From: Candidatus Nanohaloarchaea archaeon
GTDB taxonomy: Archaea; Nanohalarchaeota; Nanosalinia; Nanosalinales; Nanosalinaceae
DNA length: 12,957 nt
Reading direction: 5' to 3'
Assembly: GCA_042217695.1 (NCBI GenBank)
Contig: JBDGSE010000021.1
Span: 1-12,957, forward strand
The position numbers and the translations under genes were made by a program. Shown here in pieces: positions 7,014-12,957 of this stretch (position 1 is its first letter; each line of letters starts with the position of its first letter). The notes beneath the pieces were generated by a model. The model made no database searches. It saw only the letters and a list, made by a program, of their open reading frames with translations, and was not told where the DNA came from.

Positions 7014-7967
7014 TCAGATATCAAGGCCCAGCCCCTCCGCTACCTCCGTGTAGTTTTTCCTCACAGTTACCTCCGTGACTCCTACAGCCTCCGATATCTC
7101 CTTCTGGGTGAGTTCCTTGTCTTCGAGCTCGGAAACCAGGTAGAAAGCCGCTGCAACCACGCTCTTTGGACTTCTACCGGCCAGTATGCCGTCCTTGCGG
7201 GCCCGCCTTATAATCCGTCTTGCCCGGGCCTCCTCCTCTCCCGTGAAACCAAGCTCGGAGGTGTAACGTGGGAGGAAATCCTCTGGATCTGCTGGCCGGA
7301 TATCCATGTCGAGTTCGCGGGCCACGTAACGGTAGGTTTTGCCCAGCTTTCTCTGGTCGACACCGGCGGCCTCCGCCACCTCTTCGAGGGTCCTCGGCAC
7401 CTCCTGTTTCCTGGCCACAAGGAACGTCAGCGCCGCCACAGTGGGCTCGATTCCACGGCCCTTCACTATCTCCTCTTCCCGGGCCTTCTCGGTCAGTCTG
7501 GCCGCCTCCTCGTAGACTGACTCCGGAAGCTTCAGCTGGGAGACTATCCTCTGGAGCTCGCTGAGAGCTGTCTGCAGGCCTTTCTCACCGCTTTCGGCGC
7601 GGCGGTCCCACTTCCTGATGCGGTAGTACTGTCCCCGTTTCTCCCCGGACATCTTGTTGAGTTCGCCGGCAGACCCCACTTTGGTCCCCATGCCCTTGTC
7701 GGACTTGGTAAAAGTGATGGAGCCACCGGAACGCGCCTTGTCCGCCTTCTCTTCAGCGTCGAAGGCTCGCCACTCTCTGGAGAAGTCGATCATTTTCTCG
7801 TCTACCACGGTCCCACATTCCTTGCAGTAGAGTTCTCCCCGGGCCTCGTCTTTCTCGAAACGGGTAGAGCCACAGCTGGGGCAGCGAGCCTCATCGGCCC
7901 GTTCCTTCTGCTCTGATTTCACCGGGATGGTGTCTCCCGGGTCGACGGAGTCATCGACCTCGCTCAT
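7014..7967 (-). CDS. tfb: Transcription initiation factor IIB (TFB)
   Basis: Zn ribbon CPSC...CKECG, EWRAF B-reader, two cyclin repeats, TQKEISEAVGVTEVTVRKNY HTH. ATG7967 preferred over ATG7985 from spacing to TTTATAA near 8000-8007. Confidence 0.96.
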   Translation of the reverse strand: MSEVDDSVDPGDTIPVKSEQKERADEARCPSCGSTRFEKDEARGELYCKECGTVVDEKMIDFSREWRAFDAEEKADKARSGGSITFTKSDKGMGTKVGSAGELNKMSGEKRGQYYRIRKWDRRAESGEKGLQTALSELQRIVSQLKLPESVYEEAARLTEKAREEEIVKGRGIEPTVAALTFLVARKQEVPRTLEEVAEAAGVDQRKLGKTYRYVARELDMDIRPADPEDFLPRYTSELGFTGEEEARARRIIRRARKDGILAGRSPKSVVAAAFYLVSELEDKELTQKEISEAVGVTEVTVRKNYTEVAEGLGLDI

Positions 7968-8125
7968 ATCTATACCAGTATCCATAAAGGTATCCAAAAT
8001 TATAAATGAGTTTTGATTTTTTACCAGTCCGGCTGGTTTCCGGAACATCCTGGCCGCGCGACGTTCTCAGGATAAAGGTTTGCAGGTACTGGAACTGATT
8101 TTAATGTCGGCGGGAAAAAACTGGT

Positions 8126-8590
8126 ATGGATATCCGTGAGGCCCGCAGGGACGAGGCCAGCAGAGTAGTGGAAGAACTCTGGATGCCTCTGGCCAGGGAG
8201 ATGGAAGAGGTGGCGGATTACAACGCGCTCTCCGAGGATGCGGAGCAGAAACAGAAGGAGTACAGGAACGATCTGCTGGATGAACTCGAACGCGTGACCT
8301 TCGTGGCGGAGGAGGACGGATTTGTGGGATTCGTCTCCGCCAAGATAGAGGAACCGCCGCCGGTATTTGCAAGGGGAGACACCCTGCACATCGCGGAACT
8401 TTACGTCAGGGAGGATCACAGGCGGCAGGGGCTTGCAACACGTCTCATGGAGAATGTCCTGGAATGGGGCAGGGAACGGGGATGCGAGGCCGTGGAGCTT
8501 AACGTGGATACACCGAACCGGGAGGCGATAGAGTTCTACATGGAACAGGGGTTCGAGGAGGCCCGGAAAGTCCTGAGAAAAGAACTCTAG
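8126..8590 (+). CDS. GNAT family N-acetyltransferase
   Basis: Motif A ELYVREDHRRQGLATRLM, motif B NREAIEFYMEQGF. TTTTAA about 22 nt upstream. Confidence 0.93.
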   Translation: MDIREARRDEASRVVEELWMPLAREMEEVADYNALSEDAEQKQKEYRNDLLDELERVTFVAEEDGFVGFVSAKIEEPPPVFARGDTLHIAELYVREDHRRQGLATRLMENVLEWGRERGCEAVELNVDTPNREAIEFYMEQGFEEARKVLRKEL

Positions 8591-8740
8591 CTAGAGCTCT
8601 TCCTCCACTTCTCTCACTGCATCCTCTCCGAGCATGTCTCCCAGATATTCCTTTATTCCCTCCTGGAAATCTTCGTTATCAACTCTCTGCAGAAGGTCTC
8701 TGACGGTCTCCTTTACTTCAGCCTCGTCTACCTGGTCCAT
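8591..8740 (-). CDS. Small acidic helical protein, 49 aa
   Basis: SD GAGGTGA 3 nt before ATG8740. MDQVDEAEVKETVRDLLQRVDNEDFQEGIKEYLGDMLGEDAVREVEEEL*. Not in the ORF track. Confidence 0.75.
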   Translation of the reverse strand: MDQVDEAEVKETVRDLLQRVDNEDFQEGIKEYLGDMLGEDAVREVEEEL

Positions 8741-8755
8741 GCTTCACCTCTGAGT

Positions 8756-8860
8756 CTAGTTACAGACGAAGTCCTCGCGGTGCTCCTGTGGATCCCACGG
8801 GAACAGAATCCTGTAACTGATCAACTCAGAAAGAGTTTCAAACCTGGCTTTATCTTTCAT
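8756..8860 (-). CDS. Putative 34-aa small protein
   Basis: MKDKARFETLSELISYRILFPWDPQEHREDFVCN*. GGGGT SD-like element before ATG8860. TTTATAA at about 8906-8900 upstream. Confidence 0.45.
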   Translation of the reverse strand: MKDKARFETLSELISYRILFPWDPQEHREDFVCN

Positions 8861-8921
8861 CTTACCCCTTCCCCCGGGATGAACTGGGGTATCTCTCATT
8901 ATAAAGACTGTTGTATGCGGT

Positions 8922-9245
8922 CTAGTATAATCTACCGCCCAGAGGCACATCCCCGTCAGGGCTCACGAGAACCGGGTTTCCGTCCTCGTCCGGGACTCCT
9001 AACGTGAGTACCTCGGACTTGAAGCCTGCGATATGCATGGTGCCCAGGTCTGTGGCGCAGAGCACGATCTTGTCCTCCAGCTCGTCCACGTCATGGTTGT
9101 AAAGTAGCTGGGCGGCGGAACTGTACTCACGGTTCCCCACCTGTATCCATAGCTTCGCCATCCTGGGCTTGTCGGCCTCGGAAAACTCTTCCGCCTCCGA
9201 GATACGACCCACCTTTATATCGACGTCAAGCGGCGACTCGTTCAT
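8922..9245 (-). CDS. csaA: CsaA/Trbp111-type tRNA-binding OB-fold protein
   Basis: DIKVGRI..AEEF...KP..KLWI, SAAQL, IAGFKSEVLTLG and LVSPD..VPLGGRLY match the CsaA family. Confidence 0.85.
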   Translation of the reverse strand: MNESPLDVDIKVGRISEAEEFSEADKPRMAKLWIQVGNREYSSAAQLLYNHDVDELEDKIVLCATDLGTMHIAGFKSEVLTLGVPDEDGNPVLVSPDGDVPLGGRLY

Positions 9246-9282
9246 ACTGGTATTAACACATGAATCGTTTTTATATCCCGCT

Positions 9283-10662
9283 TCACTGGGACCATCTGGA
9301 GGCGCCACGATCGAACAGCCAGTAACCTGCAAGGCCCAGCAGAACAGAGCCTGTGAGGTAGGCAGCCATGGCAGAGACCGGGTATGACTGGTAGACCATC
9401 GCCACCACGAACATCGGCACCAGGCCGATCCCGATAAGCGCCACGAACTTCAGGAACTTCCCGGCGCTGAAGAGCATGTTGTTGGGATCCATGCCGGCGA
9501 AGTAGACCGTCACACCAAGAACATATAGCGCGGTCATCGGGAGCGACAGCATCCCGGCCACAAGGCCTCCCGTGCCAAAGAACACGGATCCAATCACTAT
9601 GAAGGTCCACGCCACGGGGACCGAGACACCGAGGAAGAGCCTCATCTTTGCCTCGAATACATCTCTCATGCTTCTGGGCAGCCTCCGGTAGCTCCTGGGG
9701 TCGTCGAACCGGGTAAGCCAGTTATACGTCGAGATCGATGAGATAGCCATCACCAGAGAGAAGATCATACCCGGTGCAAGAGAGACAACCTTCAGGAAGA
9801 CCAGCTGGGTCATCATGAAGGCGAAGAAACCGAATACAACGGCCTGCGAGAAGACAACCTTCCATAGACCGCCGCTGCTCCTCTCCAGGTCCAGGAACGA
9901 GCGGGCCATGAGAGGACCTCCCAGTTTCTCATTGAACACTGTGAACCGTTCCTCCCTGGTCCTTGACTTCCTGGCTGGGTCAGGCAGATAGAGTCCGATA
10001 CCGGCCAGATTCAACAGTGCCACGGGCAGGAACCCTTTCAACAGGTTCACCAGTGAAAACGAGTCCATCAGTACCAGCGGCGTGTAGTTCAGGATGCCGC
10101 CGCGGAAGGTAACGACCGTACCGAACACTGCCAGCAGGAGCAGGCCGGCGTAAACCTTCCCCCGGTTGTAAAGCGAGGCACCAAGGAAGCTGAGGCCGAC
10201 TCCGAACATAAACATGCCTGTACCGGTCAACCACGCCATCCCGACTGTAGAGGTGGAGAGAGGCAGGAACGGCCGGAGCGCGAAAAGGCCGAGCACTATC
10301 GGGGTCACAAGCATAACGGAGTAGTAGAGCAGGTCCTTCGCGACAAAGTTCGCAACTATCTTTTTCTGGTCAACTGGCAGCGTCCTCGACGAAAATATGA
10401 GCAGGTTGGCTGCCCCCAGCAGGTTTTCGGCGGCGTCCCGGCTGATGAACCCGAGCCCACCCACGTTGAGTCCCATGAAGAACAGCAGAGCGTTCAGACC
10501 CAGCAGCATCTGTCCCACCGTGAAACCTGTGACATAGAACGCGAAGAACAGGAACCCTGTCAGTAGAAGTACGGCGAACGGGAAGAGAGCGAACGCACGG
10601 CCGCCGAACAGCTCGGAGTGCATCCGCCACTCCTCTTTAATCATCTCTTTGAGCAGCTTCAA
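9283..10662 (-). CDS. Large multi-pass ABC-associated membrane protein (permease)
   Basis: About 12 hydrophobic segments with two-fold organisation. Overlaps the end of the upstream ATPase. Start uncertain (TTG10662 or ATG10644). Confidence 0.85.
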   Translation of the reverse strand: MKLLKEMIKEEWRMHSELFGGRAFALFPFAVLLLTGFLFFAFYVTGFTVGQMLLGLNALLFFMGLNVGGLGFISRDAAENLLGAANLLIFSSRTLPVDQKKIVANFVAKDLLYYSVMLVTPIVLGLFALRPFLPLSTSTVGMAWLTGTGMFMFGVGLSFLGASLYNRGKVYAGLLLLAVFGTVVTFRGGILNYTPLVLMDSFSLVNLLKGFLPVALLNLAGIGLYLPDPARKSRTREERFTVFNEKLGGPLMARSFLDLERSSGGLWKVVFSQAVVFGFFAFMMTQLVFLKVVSLAPGMIFSLVMAISSISTYNWLTRFDDPRSYRRLPRSMRDVFEAKMRLFLGVSVPVAWTFIVIGSVFFGTGGLVAGMLSLPMTALYVLGVTVYFAGMDPNNMLFSAGKFLKFVALIGIGLVPMFVVAMVYQSYPVSAMAAYLTGSVLLGLAGYWLFDRGASRWSQ

Positions 10663-11362
10663 AGCCCTCAACCTCGTCAAGGAATTCGTCAGTCAGGCTT
10701 TTTTCGACATCCTCCATGTCGCGCTCCGCTACAAGCTCACCGCTGTCGATGATGCCGACACTTGTGCAGACCTCCTCTGCAAGGCTCAGGACATGCGTCG
10801 AGAGGAAGATGGTGTTCCCTCTCTCCCGGTAATCCACGAAGAAATCCTTGACCCGTTCCTGGATTATCGGGTCCAGGTTCGTCAACGGCTCATCTATGAA
10901 CACCAGCTCTGGTTCATGCAGGAAAGCCTGGGCCACCATCACCTTCTGCTTCTCACCCTTCGAAAGATCCATGTTCAGGGTGTCCATCTTCTCCTCGAAC
11001 TCAAGTCGCTCCGCCCAATCCCTGGCACGGGCTTCCCAGTCATCGATGTTTCTTATCTCGGCGACGAACTCGAAGTACTCCCGCGGCGTGAGAAAGCTCG
11101 GCGGGTCCTCGCGTTCCGGAAGGATACCGACCTTCTCACGGACCTTCACGGGCTCCTGGACAGGATTGATGCCGAGAACGGAACAGTTACCTCCGCTAGG
11201 CTTTATCTGACCGGTCAGTATGTTTATCGTGGTCGATTTCCCTGCGCCGTTTGGCCCGATGAAGCCGAACAGCTCGCCTTCATCCACGGTCAGGTCCAGA
11301 CCCTCTAACGCTTTTATATCGCCGTAATTCTTCTTCAGAGAGGATATATCTATAGCCGCCAC
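10637..11362 (-). CDS. ABC transporter ATP-binding protein
   Basis: GTG11362 after SD AAGGTG. Walker A GPNGAGKS, signature LSKGE, Walker B VFIDE, H-loop STH. Confidence 0.95.
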   Translation of the reverse strand: MAAIDISSLKKNYGDIKALEGLDLTVDEGELFGFIGPNGAGKSTTINILTGQIKPSGGNCSVLGINPVQEPVKVREKVGILPEREDPPSFLTPREYFEFVAEIRNIDDWEARARDWAERLEFEEKMDTLNMDLSKGEKQKVMVAQAFLHEPELVFIDEPLTNLDPIIQERVKDFFVDYRERGNTIFLSTHVLSLAEEVCTSVGIIDSGELVAERDMEDVEKSLTDEFLDEVEGFEAAQRDD

Positions 11363-11448
11363 GGAGACACCTTCGGAAAAATATAGTGTCCCGATTAATA
11401 AAATACCGGCGGCTAAAACATTATAAGAATCACAGCAAGTGAAACTGT

Positions 11449-12075
11449 ATGAGCCTGAAAATACTGGTGACAAGCGACTTCCACGCCCGCGAAGACCTGA
11501 AAAAAGGGGCTGTAGAAGAGGCTAACTCCGGGGATTACGACCTGTACATAAACCTGGGAGACTACCTCGATGAGGAGTACGCACGGGAACTCTTCCAAGA
11601 GATAGATATACCTGCCATCGGATGCACGGGTAACCGGGACATGTTTTTCGACGAGGAGTTCATGGACTCCGGCACCCCGATATATCATTTCCTGGAGGCC
11701 GATGTCGACGGCGAGTACCTTGTAATCCTGATAGGGGGAGACTTCCCTGACGACATCAAGGACAAGGTCTCGGAACTTATAGAGGAGCACGGCGACCCAT
11801 CCAAGGTGATAGTCGGCTCCCACTACCCGCCTCTCAAACTCGGGGACAAGATACACTCCGGGAAGAGGATAGGTTTCGAACAGTTCCGCGAACTCATAAT
11901 GAAGGAGAAGCCCGCCCTCTGGGCCTCGGGGCACGTCCACGAGGACTTCGGCGAGTACTCGCTGATGAAGACCACAGTGTTGAACGCCGCAGCCGACGAC
12001 ACCGGGAAAGCCTTCTCCGTCACTGTAGCCGACGAGGGCGGTGTAGAGGAAGTAGAGGAAGTCGAACTCGTTTAA
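11449..12075 (+). CDS. Calcineurin-like metallophosphoesterase
   Basis: All five motifs present: SDFH, GDY, GNRD, HYPP, GHVHE. Confidence 0.92.
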   Translation: MSLKILVTSDFHAREDLKKGAVEEANSGDYDLYINLGDYLDEEYARELFQEIDIPAIGCTGNRDMFFDEEFMDSGTPIYHFLEADVDGEYLVILIGGDFPDDIKDKVSELIEEHGDPSKVIVGSHYPPLKLGDKIHSGKRIGFEQFRELIMKEKPALWASGHVHEDFGEYSLMKTTVLNAAADDTGKAFSVTVADEGGVEEVEEVELV

Positions 12076-12112
12076 CGCAAGAGTTAATACTTCTCACGAG
12101 AAATAAACAGTC

Positions 12113-12844
12113 ATGGGAGAGGTTGTGATACGCAACGGAGACTTTACTCCAGAGATCGAGTACATGGTGGACGCACTGCCCGGAGCAGGACTTGTCGGGA
12201 AGATAGCCGGAGAATTCCTTATAGACGAACTTGGGATGAAGTACTACGCCAGCATCGAGTCCACAGACCTTCCACCGGTGATGATATACGAGAACGAATA
12301 CGACCTGAAACCACTTGTGAGGATTTACGCGGACCCTGGTTCAGGTGTAGGCGTCGTGACCAGCGACATCCCGGTGTTCCTCGACTCCAGGAACTTTATA
12401 GAGACCATAACCCGCTGGCTTAACGACAAACAGGTACTGCCACTGTACCTCGTGGGCCAGCCTATAGAGGACGCGGCAAACGATGTTTACGGCGTTTCAA
12501 CCGGGGGAGGCCGCCGACTGCTGGAAGAGCATGGTTTCTCGCCGCCGCCAGGGGTGGGTGCGGTGGCAGGCGCAACCGGAGCCCTGATGCATGAAGCCGA
12601 CAGCCAGAACCTCTCCAGCCTGGGTTTCGTGGTGGACGTGGACTCCTTCTTCCCCGCGCCCGGCGCTGCAAGGACACTTATCGATGAAGCCATCGAACCT
12701 GTCACCGGGATAGAAGTCGACACCCAGCAGCTCCTGGAGACCGAGGACCAGATAGCAGAGCAGAAAGAAAAACTCGCGGAGGAGCTCAGGAAGGTGGAGA
12801 AACACGATGCAGGTCACGCCTACCCAACCGAGATGTACAAGTAG
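12113..12844 (+). CDS. PAC2-family proteasome assembly chaperone (PbaA/PbaB-like)
   Basis: LPGAGLVGKIA..FLIDELGM, P.P.AARTLI, VDTQQLLE, C-terminal MYK (HbYX motif). Confidence 0.9.
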   Translation: MGEVVIRNGDFTPEIEYMVDALPGAGLVGKIAGEFLIDELGMKYYASIESTDLPPVMIYENEYDLKPLVRIYADPGSGVGVVTSDIPVFLDSRNFIETITRWLNDKQVLPLYLVGQPIEDAANDVYGVSTGGGRRLLEEHGFSPPPGVGAVAGATGALMHEADSQNLSSLGFVVDVDSFFPAPGAARTLIDEAIEPVTGIEVDTQQLLETEDQIAEQKEKLAEELRKVEKHDAGHAYPTEMYK

Positions 12845-12857
12845 CACCCCGGGTACG

Positions 12858-12869
12858 ATTTTATAAAAT
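12858..12869 (+). promoter_or_regulatory. TATA box for tRNA gene
   Basis: ATTTTATAAAAT (palindromic) about 35 nt upstream of the mature tRNA 5' end. Confidence 0.6.
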
Positions 12870-12902
12870 TAGGTAGAACCATTGATTGTAGAGCATATCC
12901 CT

Positions 12903-12957
12903 GGGCTCTTAGTTCAGCCTGGCAGAACGCTTCCTTGGCATGGAAGAGGCCCCGGGT
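12903..12957 (+). tRNA. tRNA-Ala(GGC), truncated by window end
   Basis: Acceptor 5' GGGCTCT (G3), D stem GTTC/GAAC, anticodon stem CTTCC/GGAAG with loop TTGGCAT (anticodon GGC at 12937-12939), variable loop AGGCC, T-stem start CCGGG-T. Confidence 0.93.

Noticed and set aside
6550..7053. 167-aa plus-strand ORF
   Set aside because: Antisense to the AbrB gene, the surface protein start and the tfb end, all of which are better supported.
12903..12957. tRNA as integration site of a mobile element
   Set aside because: The 3' end lies outside the window, and no integrase or att duplicate is visible.

Overview
Compact archaeal chromosomal window. Acidic proteins, a TFB gene, TATA boxes about 25 nt upstream of leaderless ATGs, GGTGA Shine-Dalgarno (SD) motifs and minimal intergenic space suggest a halophilic archaeon, plausibly Nanohaloarchaeota/DPANN (inference). 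Recognisable genes: two ABC ATPase+permease pairs, mscL, a DUF378-type membrane protein, acylphosphatase, TFB, a GNAT acetyltransferase, a CsaA/Trbp111-type tRNA-binding protein, a metallophosphoesterase, a PAC2-family proteasome chaperone with a C-terminal HbYX motif, and a truncated tRNA-Ala(GGC). Manual reading adds features missing from, or truncated in, the ORF track: a lycopene-cyclase-domain gene interrupted by an in-frame TAG, a probable CTG-initiated gene, an AbrB-family gene directly behind tfb, several 29-49 aa small ORFs, a double-HTH regulator with a SPASM-like CX2CX5CX3C motif, and a helically phased 4x TATTAC palindromic operator-like element. I saw no CRISPR array or mobile element. 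No single novel system is proven. The best candidates are the Cys-motif regulator with its small Cys-containing neighbour, and the operator-controlled small transcript after mscL.
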